This document shows positions 10,740 to 25,180 of a stretch of 64,000 nucleotides of DNA, one piece after another. The notes under the pieces are model-generated. The model worked only from the letters and a program-made list of their open reading frames with translations. It was not told the DNA's origin and ran no database searches. The translations under genes and the position numbers were made by a program. The stretch lies in NCBI GenBank assembly GCA_010909165.1, contig MU008163.1, positions 434,001-498,000 of the forward strand. Direction: 5' to 3'. The stretch is from Anthoceros angustus (lineage: Eukaryota; Plantae; Anthocerotophyta). How positions within the stretch are numbered: the first letter of the stretch is position 1; every line of letters begins with the position of its first letter.

Positions 10740-11230
10740 TGCACATCCCCAGTGACCACCGTGCTCGGTGCTCATCCTCGCCCTCAAGCCGATCATCGCC
10801 TTTACGACTATGTCCCGACTGTCCAGGCTGGTTGCCACCACGGTGCGAACTACTGCTCCTGATCCTGCTGGACCACGATGACGAAGTTGAGCTGCATCTT
10901 CTTCTCCCTGCGTGTTCTCCCCACAGCCTGAGCACCTCCATCCTCTACTTTGTTGCAACAGCGACTTTTCGGCTGCTGCTGTCGCAAGTCTGTCCGCCGC
11001 TCCAGCCATGTCCATAGCCGGCTGGTGGCAGGCTGACCATCGAATGTGCAAGACATCTTCCGCCCAATCCACGGGCTGTGATCTTGTGGGGCCATGGAAG
11101 CTTTTATCTTGCTCCTCCGCACAGCCCGCACAATCTGCCTTCTGCACAAAACACGGACGAGAAATATGTTTTAGCTTAACGATTTTCGGGCGCACCACGG
11201 CACAACAAGCTATCAAGCTTGCGAGCAAGT
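10740..11230 (-). pseudogene. ADC: Arginine decarboxylase remnant, copy c (divergent, heavily deleted)
   Basis: KKMQLNFVIVV and MIGLRARMSTEHGGHWG correspond to ADC VIGLRAKLRTKHSGHFG. Confidence 0.8.
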
Positions 11231-13479
11231 GTTGCGCGAACCCAAACAACGCTCTATGTTTTCTTCTCCATGTGATCAAATCAAAACATCAGCAAGATAA
11301 CATCATATTCAAGTTTGTGAGCAAGGAAGAAAGCTACATATTCTTCGACACCTGTGTGTAAAAGTTCAGGACGCCCACAAACTCAACACCAGTCCACAGC
11401 CTGACTCGCGAACGATCATTGTTTCAAACTATATCCGTGAACGATGTGGGGCAACCCGATTCTCGGCCTCGAGCCGCCACAGCAAAGCAACAAATCAAAG
11501 AGTGCAAACAACAGCCTAGCAGGCATGAGAAAACATAACCGCCGCCGGCGTATGCGCATTGCAGCACTAGGCTACAAAGGCACACATCACTCTCTGCGGA
11601 GCACACAAGACGAGCAAGGCAGAAACAGGCAGAGCAGAGCATGGAACGGAACTCAACGGAACTCACCTCGGAGGAAGGAAGCATCTGGACGTGAAGTCTG
11701 CAGACAGGCCTACAAGCCTGCGGTGGAGCGCCGTCATGAATATAAGCGGGAACAGCGAGAGTAGCCGCCTCAAGCAGGCGGGGAGAACCTCCGCATGTCC
11801 GTGCTGGATACAAATTTACAGAACCGCTGCGGCAAGCGCTTGCAAGGTTCCGGGCGCTCCAGCTCGCTTACAAGTCCAACATCCAAGGCAGACCGAGGAA
11901 CCAACAGCGAGGTCCACAGAGAATGTTTCTACGCAGCAAGGCAAGGCATGGCTTCAGTCGCAGCGCGAGCTCAAGGAGGTAGCGCATTCCGCTGGCAAGC
12001 CAGCGAGGGAGGCTGCAGATTAACACAGGCTGGCCGATGGCTGGCTGGTGGAAGGCGGAATATGGAGGACACTTGGGGAGCCGCCAGGTAGGGCACGGAC
12101 GATTTTGAGTCGGACACGTTTCTCAACGATATGTACCTAGTCTCGCGCGAAAGAACCCTCACCGACCCACTTGTTCTCGCGACTGAATACAAGGTTCTCG
12201 TCCTTCAAAGCTTGTCTCCCGCGCTAAGAACTCTCGTCGACCCCCGCTAAGTTCAAGCGGCATGTGCATCCAACGCCCGATTGAGCACATGTAACTATTA
12301 AGTTGCTACCTATGTGACATGAAGTTTTTTTCTTAGCTGAGGGATTGAGTCTCGCCTAATGCGTTGAGTAGAATTGTTATAGCTTAATTATAATTGCAAA
12401 TATCACCAGTATTCTAGTGCCCTTACTTGAGGATGCAGAGAACTTGCTGAAGATGGTGTTCATTATATTTCAAAGAACTAGTTTAGAGTTCTCAAAGAAC
12501 TAGTTTAGAGTTCTGGTTGTTTCAATATTTTTATTATTTTTATTATTTTTAAATATTAAATAATTATATATGTAAAATATATTTAATTTCAATATAAAAT
12601 ATTAGGGTTTAAAAGTCATACTTACAAATGCATTAAAACATAAAATCTAATATTATATTTTATAAGTTGACAAAGATAGTGCCTTAAAAGAGGAAGAGTA
12701 ATTTTACCAATAGAGACTTTATTAAAAGGAAGAGATGGGAAAACCTATGTACCCACGAGGGGACAACCCACTAAAGGGCCAAGAGCCGGGGCTAGGCTGT
12801 GGGAGGAAAATCCCCCAGATTCACCCTCTAGTAGCACTTATCCCCATGTCACTTAGCACATTGGGTTTCGTCCCATGAGACTTGTGTGGACAGCAATCTT
12901 TGGGAAGTCGGTCACGCCTACACCTCGCACAACATCAAAAAGCAAGGAGCCCTAACTCTCTACTGCACCACTTGCAACACGATAATTTTGCAGGGGAATA
13001 TACCGATGGGGTTTGGCTTTTATCCTTGAAGAGGGTTTCGATGGGTCTAAAACTAACTGTCATGGCATGCTCTAAAATTTATCACAAAATCATGGTGTCA
13101 CACCATTGGTTGCATTTTCATGAGCTGAGGCATGTGAAGGGTTTAGGCTTTCCACAACACATCGATTTCCGGCATAATTGAACCCACGTGGTTGACCATT
13201 CTTGGCGGTGTTATTGCCTTTCAACTAAGGCACTATGTAAAAACACCAAAAGAAGACCCAGGAGTCGTTTGTATACACTTTGGGCGGGCGCCGCCATTTC
13301 GAGAGTTTGGGGTTTAGGTCAAAGTTCCTGGTAAATCTCACTTCCTTGCACAATGTCCTTGGCATGTGATAGAGTATCCGATCCAGTTCAGTTGATATGC
13401 AAATGGAACCCTCTTGACAAGCACCTTCATTCGATTTTTTTGGCCCACATGGTTGTCACCAAGAATCATAAGCCCTTGT

Positions 13480-14097
13480 CACAAGGTCAAGACTGAGGGC
13501 TTCATGGCCCATGCCCTGCTGAGAATACCCTCCTATCTATATATATCATGGCATTCCATGTCACCACATCTTTTTCACCAAATCCGTGGAACATTGTTTG
13601 AGCGTCTTCGAACCTCCCACACTTTGCATACATGTCCACCAAGCAATTCCAGACGAACAAACGAGGCTCAACGGCACTGGCCAACACATCAGCATGCACG
13701 TCCTGCCCAGTTTTTCGAGTGTGTTTTCCTTGCACCAGCCTGAAGGCACGCTATGCAAACATGGCCATTCGCTTCAGCATTTGACCTGGGCATCTGCTCA
13801 TGAAGTCTTACCGCCTGCTTTTATATCGTCCTTGCCGAACATGCGCACAATCTTTATGGAAGACCACATGAAGGCAGAAATTATGGATGACCACATGAAG
13901 GCAGAAATTATGGATGACCACATGAAGGCATCTGGCTTGTCCACCACGCTGCACACTCAAATAGCTTCTTTCAACCTTCTTTCATGAAGCATACATCCGC
14001 AACACTCTGTTGGATGCTCTGAAATTTCTGCATAAGAAATCACATCTGTGATGGGACCCTCCTCATGCACTCGTTTTTCAGCGGACTACAAAATAGC
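13480..14097 (-). pseudogene. Partial PPR pseudogene copy
   Basis: Matches ~822-1445. Translation LFVWNCLVDMYAKCGRFEDAQTMFHGFGEKDVVTWNAMI. Confidence 0.85.
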
Positions 14098-14372
14098 ACA
14101 AGGCTTGAGTGTTGTGATAGACACATTAGGCGCCGGCATACGATGGGTCATTAGGTAGCAGTAAACATTTGTGTGTAAGTGTATGTACCCAGAATGGGGT
14201 GATATTTTAACTGGCGTAAAAGGCTATTTTTGGGTGGCGGTGTTTGGTCAAGAGGTCCGACCCCAAAAGAAGAGGGTTTGTATATTCCCCCTTGCAAAAT
14301 TATCGTGTTTTGCATTGCTCAAAATTTACCAACTCCGGACCTACAACGACACAACACAATTGCGGGCCATGC
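14087..14372 (+). repeat. Unclassified repeat segment, also at ~44393-44678
   Basis: Direct similarity between the two segments. A ~29-bp core (GTATATTCCCC..TGCAAAATTATCGTGTT) is also present inverted at ~12976-13003. Confidence 0.75.
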
Positions 14373-16728
14373 CTCGGTGGTGAGTCCGTCCGGTGCCCTA
14401 GAGCCTCAGTTTCACTCGTCGCTCCCTCGATTGGGCATAATGGTCCCGCCCATGTATCTCTATGATTGGTGGATCGGAGGGCCCTCTCTTCCAATTGGGA
14501 CAGCTTCCCTTCCAGGGTCTTCTCTGTCCGCTTGTGATCCAAGATGTCTTATTGGAGCTTCTCCACGATCTTCTCCAACTTCACAGCTTTCTCGTCGAAC
14601 TCCATGGCTTAAAGTTGCCATCGGGTCCCTGCTTGTCTTTCCTCCATCTCCCGGGCCTTATTCGCCCTGACTTCCTCTTGACATGCCAGGAGGGAGGCTG
14701 CCATTTCCTTGCCTTCAAATCCACCCACTAAGTGTCTCACAGACACTTAGCAATTCTCCTAGAGGTCCCAATCCAAACCCCTCCGCCCTTGGACCCTCCG
14801 GCCTCTTGCCTTGGCTGGGGGCGTCCACAGCCGTAGCATTGCGTTGGCTGACCTCCTGGCCACCGCGCGATGGGGTAGACCCGCACGCCGCCTCCGTCTC
14901 CTCGCCCTCTGGCGGGTGCCTGGCCCTTGGCGCCTCGCCTGGCGCGAGTTGAGCGTGCCTCCTTTTCCTTTCCTACTGGCTGCGCCCTGGGTGGCTACCG
15001 CGGTTGCTTGCCTACCGCGGTGGGCGACCCTACTATGGTAGGGTGACGGGTGCCTCTCCTCCCACCCATCAAATGATGGGAATTCCTATTGATATTATGT
15101 TGATATCATGACTAAGGGTTTAAGGGTTTGGTTGATAAATAATCCTAAGTTATGTTGAGTTAGGTTAAGTGCCATTTCATTAGGGTTGCGACTCTATATG
15201 GATAGACACATCATTTAGATTTAGTTTAAGTTGTCTTTTCTCATAAGCACTTTAACTCTTTCTTGATTATCAATGTATATGTAATTACTTAATGTTGTAA
15301 TTGTTCTACATAATCCATGTAAATCTTCATGGTATCGAGGATACTATATAGAAAGCATCTAAGAAGATGCACATAAAAATTCTACTAGAAGATGTGCATG
15401 AATTTATCTTCTGTTTCTTATTTTGAAAATGAAGTCAAAAGAAAGAAACTAGAAGATGATCAAGAAAATAGTTTCGACGCTTTTCTTTTAAGAAAATCAT
15501 ATACAAATTTGTGTCAATGATTTTCTAATGCACCTTCATTGAAATTGTCAATTTTACAATTCCATGCAGATGCACTAGAACAATGCCTAATAGGCAAATT
15601 GTATATAGTTTTATAAAAGAATTTCAAGATACTGTTGATCCATCAATCAATCCGGCTCAAAGCCATGGCAATATCCTAGAGCTGCTGCGTGCAATAATCA
15701 TCCATAGGAATCGATGAGTCCTTGATAGGCTAACTTTAGCTAATCACCATATGCGCGCCCAAGAATGGAGCCACATAGAACTCAACCGCTACAAATTGAA
15801 GGGTTGAAAGAAGCATTCAACACAATTGTTGAAGTGTTGTTTCCACAAGAGCTTGATCCGACGCTCACACTTCCCCAAGGCAACAATAATCAGCGCGCAT
15901 GGTACAATGAAATGATCACCACCGCCGCTCTCACAATGCATCACAAATCGGTGTAAACACACTTGTTCAACATCTTGAGGCTAACAACAGAATGTTGAAA
16001 CGAGATGCAATCAAATTCATCGCCATGTTTCCACAACGATTGATCTCCAAGACTTGAAGGAACAACTTGTTCATATAGATTACAAGCTAGTGATGCTATT
16101 GAAACCGAATCGGTTAGTCATCCAAAGATTCAAAAATACAGATGCAAACGTGAGCAAAACCAATCACGAAGGAAATTTGACTCACCCAACTCTTGCCCTT
16201 CATGCTTAACTTATGCATATAACAAGTTTAGAGATGAAGCTCTAGAATTGCGCAGTGGGGTCTTGGGATCAAACCCAAGCACCACAACCAACATGCACGT
16301 AAGTTAGTCATATGGACGCAGAGAAGTGATTAGGAAACCAAGCGTGGAGGGCAATTTGTTCTAGAGGAAACACAAAACCACAAATTGGGTGATACATCAT
16401 CCTCTGGCGTTGCGGTGATTCCTTCAAGGAGAAGGACGGTCAATGGCACTGACGACAATTGGGTAATCCGGATGGAGGGTATCCTCAAGTGAGGAAACTC
16501 GAAATATGCAACCGAAAGATAGAGCACCAGAGGGTAATGCGAAGAATGGTTAGCTAAAGACACCGCCAAATACCTCATAAGCGTGGCCTAACATCCGAGA
16601 TGTTGAGGCGGACTCGTGGGGCAAAGACTTCGCCGAGATTTGGACCCGTCTCGATCTCTATCAGGATCCAATGTGGGGTACAATGACAATGCATCCGAAC
16701 TACGGAATGAAAGATGGGGATTCCAGTA

Positions 16729-17045
16729 AACACATCAGCATGCACGTCCTGCCCAGTTTTTCGAGTGTGTTTTCCTTGCACCAGCCTGAAGGCACGCTAT
16801 GCAAACATGGCCATTCGCTTCAGCATTTGACCTGGGCATCTGCTCATGAAGTCTTACCGCCTGCTTTTATATCGTCCTTGCCGAACATGCGCACAATCTT
16901 TATGGAAGACCACATGAAGGCAGAAATTATGGATGACCACATGAAGGCAGAAATTATGGATGACCACATGAAGGCATCTGGCTTGTCCACCACGCTGCAC
17001 ACTCAAATAGCTTCTTTCAACCTTCTTTCATGAACAGCATACATC
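16729..17045 (-). pseudogene. Partial PPR pseudogene copy
   Basis: Matches ~1025-1340, including the 27-bp repeat. Confidence 0.8.
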
Positions 17046-18194
17046 CGCAACACTCTGTTGGATGCTCTGAAATTTCTGCATAAGAAATCACATCTGTGAT
17101 GGGACCCTCCTCTCATGCACTCGTTTTTCAGCGGACTACAAAATAGCATGCGCTACTAACCACAAGCAAGGGTGAAACAGATGTTCTCCACGAATGGCCA
17201 CACCTAGCCTCATGTCATCTCGCAAAAACGAAGAAACATCTGGCCTCTGTAACATGGAGAAGACGTCATTTGTGTGGCGAAAGCAAGCAATAAGATGGGC
17301 ATCCCTCAATAGCACACCTGAGCAGATGGAGAACCCATCGAGGAAGCGTGAGCTGACACAGCCGATCTGGCAGCAAGGTCTCCAACCCTAAAACAACGTT
17401 CCACAGAGAGACAAGGTTAGCAGTCCTGCAAGTCGTGATGGACATATGTGTTTGAAGTGGGTGCAACACCATGCGGTCTGCGCATGGTAAACAGGGATGC
17501 AACCCTGCAACTGTATCACTTGTGATGCCAGATGGCCAGGTGTTTTGGACAACAGCAGGAGGCGTTTCCTGGAGGGGTTCAATTTCTTATTTTCCGAGTC
17601 TGAAATTAGGTAGGCCGTAAGATAACGAAGTTATGAACTGTTCTCCTAACCGTCTGGTCCCAGAAATAAACAAGGATCCTGAGCACTACCATCAGCGTCT
17701 TGAGCGTAGCCGCAGCCAGGAAAGAATCATGGATGGAACCAGCGCTCATCAGCTTCAGGCATCTGGCCTGGCCGGGAACAATAATCAGACTATTCTAGAT
17801 ATCCGTCTGCACAGCAACAAGTCCCGAGCTGGAACAGACATCAGTGTACTTGCTGGATACAACATCGAAATTGCATTTTTGCGGACCAGATGTATGCACG
17901 CAAGTTCGAGGCAGGGTTCGCAACTAAAGCTGTTTTCAAGCAAGCCATCATTCCTACTGTATACACAGCATATCAGGAAGCTGAAGACGGCGGCTGATTG
18001 CTGGTCAATCCAAGTACCACTAAATTAAATACGTTGGATTGACCAGCGAGCAGCCTAGATATCCATGAAAGCAGGCCTGGCCAAGCAAACAGCAGTGAAG
18101 CTCCCATCCATATACAAGCGTCTCACTGCAATGTCTATATAAGCCTTGGGACCAACTACCAGATACTGTTTTCGCTTGCCACACGTCCTTCCCC

Positions 18195-19889
18195 ATGAAC
18201 TTGCACCTTGCCATCACTATCACAGGTGAGGTCACACAGCACAGGATGGCGTGAGTGGTGGGCACCTCCTCCAGCCGCTGCAGGGGCACAATCGGGAACA
18301 GCTGCCCCGAGCCCAGTAGTCTGACAAAGATCTGAACACACTCAGGTTGATGTGAATATAGGTTGCATTGTGAGTGGGGCTCCAGAGTCGAGCTGGACGA
18401 GGTCCTGGATTTGGTCGAAGACACTAGGTATGCTCCAGTTCGACCTCAGCTGCCACGAACACTTCAAAGATGCCGTCCACGACATCTTTGAAACCCACAC
18501 AGCATAGGTAGGGGATGTTGGTGGCCAACCTCAGGCCAGAGCAGATGTCGAGCAGCAGAATTCGAAACAAGTATCTCGCACGCGTCGCCGTGGTCGACCC
18601 AAAGGATCTAAAAACAAGTCCAAGGAATTGGGGACGGAGCCAAGCCAAGTCCTGGTCTGCCCCTGGCTTTGCTCCGTCCCCTAGTTGAGAGGTTGTTCTT
18701 AGATCGTTTGGAACAACCACGTCGACGCTTACCACATACTTGTTTCGAATCCTCCTGCTCGAGAGCTGTTCTGGCCTCCCTTTCAGATCCACCTGCAGCT
18801 GTCCCTGCTCTTGCAATTCGAGGATTAGCTGCGAAATCCAACGGTGTAGGTTCCTTCCTCCACCACTTTGGACGACCGCGACGGCGACGAAGCATTGGCA
18901 CATCTGCGGCTCCTGTAGAGCTCGTGTTGCTAGCCTGAGCTGCAGCTGCCGTCGCATCCTCAGAGCTGGGCGCCGCAGCTCCTGGATCTTGGCAGGCCTG
19001 GCGGACCTCTTGCGCCTCAGGGGCATTCAGTACGTAGAGCTCTCCACCACCCACTGCAGATGCAGATGCCCAGAAGCGCGCCCTCACTTCCCACAAGCTC
19101 CACAGCAACCCAGCTCTAGCTCTGCCGGAGAAGAAAGAAAAACCCAGCACCTCGGCCCTGCTTACGGCTGCAATCACTTCCTCCAAACCTGCAGGTTGAC
19201 AGCTCCGGTGCTGAAGAGGTGGGTTCACTGAGTAAACCCAGCAATACCTCCGTGGACACCTGATCCCCTCATGTTGCCCGCAAGTACATGCAAAACAAGG
19301 CCGACTGATACGACACCAGGGCCGCCAAGTTTCATAACGCAGAGTGGGCTGGCTGCTATACATTCTTCAGCTCGGATGGCCTCAGCCACCACCTCCTCGG
19401 CGTACTCCTCCACTCTATATCCAATGGAGATGTCAGTGTTCTCGTAATGAGAACGTCGTAGCCCACCCCTAGCCCCCACTACCACGACGATGCTGATGAG
19501 GCTCATGAGAGCTGCCATCAAAGGCCACCTCGCAAGAAAAGGAAAGGTGAGCTGCTTCACCAACCCCTCCCTCACAACGCGCTGAGCCCCGGAGCGTTGT
19601 GGATCTACGATCTCATGTGAAAATGGAGCAGCTGCAAGCACCGGATCCAACATGTCCAACTCTCTGACAACCTCCACTTCCGCACTATCTCCTGCAATGT
19701 CACACTGAACTTGCCATCATCGCCGGAGGTCTCCTCAGTGCCCGCCGTGCTCAGTACTCAGCTTCGCCCTGAAGCCGATGACTGGCCTTCACATCCATGT
19801 CGGACTGCTGGTTGCAACCACCATGTTCGAAACCAGCTCCTCCACCTCTTCCAGCACGGTACCCGTAACGGAATTGAACTCCATCTTCC
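18195..19889 (-). pseudogene. ADC: Arginine decarboxylase pseudogene, copy d (5'-truncated at the LINE junction)
   Basis: Same ADC motifs as copies a and b (DLTCDSDG, DISIGYRVEEYA, LLHFH). Confidence 0.9.
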
Positions 19890-22800
19890 GCAAACGTGAA
19901 CTCCCAAATCGAGCGAGGATGGAATACAAGTGGTGTGCAACCCTCAACCACGGAAGCCGGACTCAAGCTACAAGTAGTCTTCGAATATCGTACATCGGTG
20001 ATATAAAAGTGATCTATTTAATACAGAAGTATTACAGACCAGAGACAATACCCACGAGCCTAGAGAACTCTTCTATACTCTGGGAGAGCACATCTCAAAC
20101 TACCAACAGAAAGGGAACACATGTCTATTCCTGGATAGCAACACAAGAACAAGCAGTATGCAAGTGGACATAGACCACAGGTCTGGAGACCCCGATGGCA
20201 AATGGAAGAGGGTCAGTAAGGACACAAAAAGCGGAGGGCACAATTCAGAATTCATGGCAATGCTAGAGATGGTGATATGTAACGCGTTGGATTATTTCCG
20301 AACTGCAAGTTCACGTTCCATCAACAAAATGAGCGAAAAAGAAAAATAGGGCTAAGGGAGAGCGGACAAGAGCAATCATGGACAAGAACAACACGATTAC
20401 TTGTGCATCAAGCACACCGTGTGGATTGCGATTTCCAAGTTGGCCACTCAATCCCAAAATCCGACCATAGGCCTCATTGCATGGGTACAATCAACGGTGA
20501 AATAGGAGAGGAAGAGGAAAAACAAGGAAGAGACGAAGAGCGCTCAAAATAACAAATTCAACAAAGTTGAGGCTAGCCAACAACATAGAAGGAGAATTAA
20601 GCATATCATAAGGAGAATAGGATTTGAGGGAAGATCAACAACGCGGATGCAAGACCTCCAATAAGCTTTGAGCCTCCATGAGGAAATGCATAAGAGGTAA
20701 AATGAATGGACCGCCACTATCCTTGGGCTGCCAGTGGTTCTCTATGGACTATAAACATGCAGAGGCAGATGGGAACAACTCCTACAATAAGAGGACTCAT
20801 CAGCACACAGGGTACTACAAGCAAAGAAGAAGTACAAATACTTGTGCAGGAGGCGTAGACAAGCATTCATTATGAATCACAACTGCGCCATGCTGAAGCA
20901 TATGAAAAGGAGCCCAAGAAAATTCTGGCAAGTGATAAGAGGGAGGAAAGCAGTGTGCCCGTTAACAGACATGGATGAATGGATGAAATATGGCAAGCTG
21001 CTGTTTGAATCAACGGATGTCCAGCACGCTACTTCGTGTGACCTAGTCACCACCTGTGTTTGATTCACAGACGAAGTGAAATCAAGTCAATAGGCGTGGC
21101 AAAGCGGTACAGGCGGGCCTAGCAGAGGTTGCGAAGGCACTCGGACACTACTACCATAGCTGCAGCAATGCAAAATCTTCCATACCGGAGTGCTTCCAAC
21201 TGCTTGGGGTAAATCATCAGCAAGGCCCATACACAAAAAAGGAGACAGGATGATTACGAACAACTACAGGTTGATAGTCATAAACAACCTGTTCTATAAG
21301 GTTTACTCCATGTGTTGCGAAGTGAGGATTCGAGAAGAAAAATTAGAGGGGCCGAATACATGCCAAGCAGGGTTCAGAGAGGGTATGAGCCGCCAGGACC
21401 ACATAATGACCCTGCAGTGAATCATTGACAAACACAAGGCAAGCAAAAGAGTACTCCACCTTTGCTTTGTAGCTTTCCACAAGGCATTCGACATACAAGG
21501 AACATGCTATGGGAGGTGCCCAAGCAAGTAGGGTATCAAAGCAAATGATAAGGGCTTCCCTTGGCATACCAATACAATGAGGTTGGATAGAGGTGGGTGG
21601 GAACTAGAGCTATTCAAAGCGTGGGTGTGAAACAAGGGTGCCCCTCACACTCTTGTTTTTTTACATATAAGGGCTCCAACAATGCATCGAGAGCACCAAA
21701 GGAACTCACCCAGGCAAGTCCAAGATACCCTTATCAAATGCTTACTCTTTGCGATCGTATTCTTGTCATGCGAGGTGAAGGCAAAGAAAGTGTCCCGAGT
21801 CTTTGGGGCACCGGATTGCTAGAGTCCCTCATGGCATGGGACACTCGGGACTAATTTAGTCGTGGATGGCACGCCATTTATGTGGCTGCCACCACAGAGA
21901 GGCATGTCCCGGAGTCCCAAGTATTTGGGCGCCGAGAGTGTTAGCCACCTGCACATATGGGAGGGCAGATGATCCAAGTCCCCAATCACACACACATTCA
22001 TACAGTCGATTTCTCTAGACTTGAACCACTTACATGAGTGTTGAGGGTTGCACCACGGCTGAGCAGCACATTGCAAATTATCACAACACAAAGCTGCCTC
22101 ATTAGCACCGGATTTCAAGCACAAAATTAGCGGACTCTAAAACCAAATCAGCGGATAGCAAAATGAACATCTTCCCTACGGATGATTTGAGCCACATTCA
22201 GGATTGCATCGCTCAAAAACGTGAGGGGCGATTGCACGGCTGGGAGTTAGAAATCACGCAATCAGCGCCCATCAATCCCCACACCCTCAAACACTCAAAT
22301 CACAAGATTCCATTGATTTGATAATGTTCTCAAAGGGATTGCGGAGAACTCTCACACAACCTGCTAGGGCGACTTCAACAACTATTCTCGCCTAGCCCTC
22401 CTCTTAGCCTCACTGGCAGCGCCATCTCCTCCAAGAAATCCGCCCTCACCTGAAACAACTAACATAAGCTATTTTGAAACTAGACATGTAAAAGAGACTT
22501 AAGAACTTGAACTAGCAAAACCTCAACCTAGTGGTGAGAGACTAAGTGCAGCCAAGACTTGGCTGCCACAAAGGCGATCCGGAGGCCTGGGGGGGAGAGT
22601 CCCCACGCCGGGGCGAGAGTCCCGAGACCTGGGGCCCGAGAATCCCGGTGCCGGGGCCAGGAGAATCCTGACGCCTGGGAGGTCCCAGACTGTGAGAGTC
22701 CCTTCACCCCAGTCTTTTCCTCCCCGTGGTGGCGCTTTCACGACATTACTATCTACTAAAAAATTGGGATGAGAAAATTGCTCAGACACTTCATGAATTC

Positions 22801-23880
22801 TGTGAAAGGTACTTGAAGGTGAAGCCAAGGCAAGACGAAGACCATTTCATTTACCGCTAAACTCAAAGGGTGGATCCGTTGAAATATGGACAGATGAATT
22901 GGGAGCGTCCTATCTCTGATACCTAGGAATCAACATCCATAGAGCAAAGCTTCTACTAAGCAGTGGAGTTGGCACAAAAGGCATTAGGTAGGCTCTGTGC
23001 CTTGAGAAACAAGCTGAGGAAAAGGAGCATAAGTCTCACAGAACTATGTTCTGCAGTGTTCAACGCTTGCATTGTCCCAATCTTGCTTTCTGCTGTGAAA
23101 ATCTGGGGACCTGGATGCACACAAAACCAGTGGAAGGACATTGAAACCGTACAGATGGATTTCCTCAGATGGCACTTGGGAATCTGCAAGCAAATGTGCC
23201 GAGCAAATATATAAGCAGAAGTTGGGGCATTCCCGCTGGAAATCCATGCCTTGCAGCAAGCTGTTAACTTCAGATCTAGGATCATGCAAATGGACATGTC
23301 CAGACTAAAAAATTGCAATGGCGATGTCAAGGGAAACCAGCCTATTGAAAGGCCGAGGATGGTTCAAGGACATGAAAGGGTGGCTATCAAGGTGGGATTT
23401 GCCACATGGACGCCAAGATCTCTAAAGACAATGTTCATAATGCTTATCAAAAGGTGTGGTCACCCACCACATTGACAATGACATGAGGCACTATGTGAGC
23501 GTGCACAAAGGGATGAGTACACCACACAAGAATACCGCAGACTTCGCCAACATGGTTCGAGAGTTGGCTCGATTGAGGTCCTCAAACCTTCAAATCATCA
23601 AAGGCGAGGGCAAGTGCCAAGAGAGCAACGCTTTGTGCAGATGCACCAAAGACGGGTAGGTGATGAAACCCACTTCCTCTTTGAGTGCACCAGCACGGAG
23701 AAAGCAAGATCCGACCACCACCAGCTATTTGTGGCAATGATTGCGAAGGACCAAATCGGCACACAATTATTGTTGGGTAAATTCCTAGTGGCCACTAAGA
23801 GAATTGTGAATAAAGGGTATGGATAGAGTTTGTCCCCATCCACAAGGGGTTATGGTGGACCTCAACCGTGGAATAAAATC
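19888..23880 (+). mobile_element. Degenerate non-LTR retrotransposon (LINE) ORF2: APE endonuclease, RT and C-terminal Zn knuckle
   Basis: PIHKKGD..NNYRLI, QAGFREGMSRQDHI, CFVAFHKAFD, GVKQGCP, LLFA..IV, YLGI, FNACIVPILLSAVKIWG and GDETHFLFEC appear in order. Confidence 0.9.
21764..22745. mobile_element. ~980-bp solo LTR inserted in the LINE RT
   Basis: Ends TGTCATG...CACGACA, flanked by TT(A)CT/TTACT. Removing it rejoins LLFA..IVLLSTK of the RT. Confidence 0.65.
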
Positions 23881-24002
23881 CCAATGCCAAGTATGTCGAA
23901 CTAGGGAGAGCAGGAGGTCCACAACATAAAAGCGTCACTAAACACCACAAGAGCAACGTAAATGACAGACCTTAGAAAGACATAGCACCTTAGGAAGACA
24001 AC

Positions 24003-25180
24003 GAGCGCCATGACAGCTAAGTACCTGTAACAGGCGCCTGAAATGAACCTTCACGCGCATGAAAAGAACTTGAATTCTTAACTTACCACCCCACAAATGA
24101 TCTCCTTCCATCATCAGGTGGATCTGCCATTGAAAAATCTGGATGTGGCGCATATCTTCTTTCCACATCGTCGAGAAAATCTCACTCTCGGAAGAAATCC
24201 TACCCCTAACCGAAAACTTATGCACCAATCCTTCCATGTGTGTCCACCAGCTCTGGCCCGGCTGCTTCTTGCTCTTGTTTCCTGCATCTCCTGTGCCTAC
24301 TGCCACATCTGGGAGCCGGTGTATGCCACTCAGGAAAGTGATGCCGTCGGGCTGTATGCCCTCCCTTCTCATTTTCTGAACCAAGTCGAAGACCTCTTCA
24401 CTGTCTCCTTGACGGGTGTACCTTGCAATCAGTGCACTCCAAGTGACAAACTCTCTTTTCGGGCAATCACCAATTGTGCATCAACCATGCCCCCTGACTT
24501 TGTTTATCAAGCTGATGGCTCCAAGCAGATCAAGTAGAAGACCTCGGTCCTTAATTTGTGCACCAAGCTGCTTACCCATATGCAAAGGTGCCACATTTGC
24601 ACATGCATCAAGTACGCCAACAATTGTCAAATCATCTGGTCCAACCTTGCCTTCCTCTTGCATCACAAGGTCAAGACTGAGGGCTTCATGGCCCATGCCC
24701 TGCTGAGAATACCCTCCTATCTATATATATGGCATTCCATGTCACCACATCTTTTCACCAAATCCGTGGAACATTGTTTGAGCATCTTCGAACCTCCCAC
24801 ACTTTGCATACTTGTCCACCAAGCAATTCCAGACGAACAAACGAGGCTCAACGGCACTGGCCAACACATCAGCATGCACGTCCTGCCCAGTTTTTCGAGT
24901 GTGTTTTCCTTGCACCAGCCTGAAGGCACGCTATGCAAACATGGCCATTCGCTTCAGCATTTGACCTGGGCATCTGCTCATGAAGTCTTACCGCCTGCTT
25001 TATATCGTCCTTGCCGAACATGCGCACAATCTTTATGGAAGACCACATGAAGGCAGAAATTATGGATGACCACATGAAGGCAGAAATTATGGATGACCAC
25101 ATGAAGGCATCTGGCTTGTCCACCATGCTGCACACTCAAATAGCTTCTTTCAACCTTCTTTCATGAACAGCATACATCCG
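24003..25180 (-). pseudogene. PPR pseudogene copy
   Basis: Near-identical to ~160-1340. Translation includes MVQKMRREGIQPDGITFLS. Confidence 0.85.

Noticed and set aside
14372-16728. Possible ORF1/gag-like remnants (coiled-coil peptide at 14300-14620 minus strand; 16330-16720)
   Set aside because: No diagnostic motif is recognisable by eye, so I left them unannotated.
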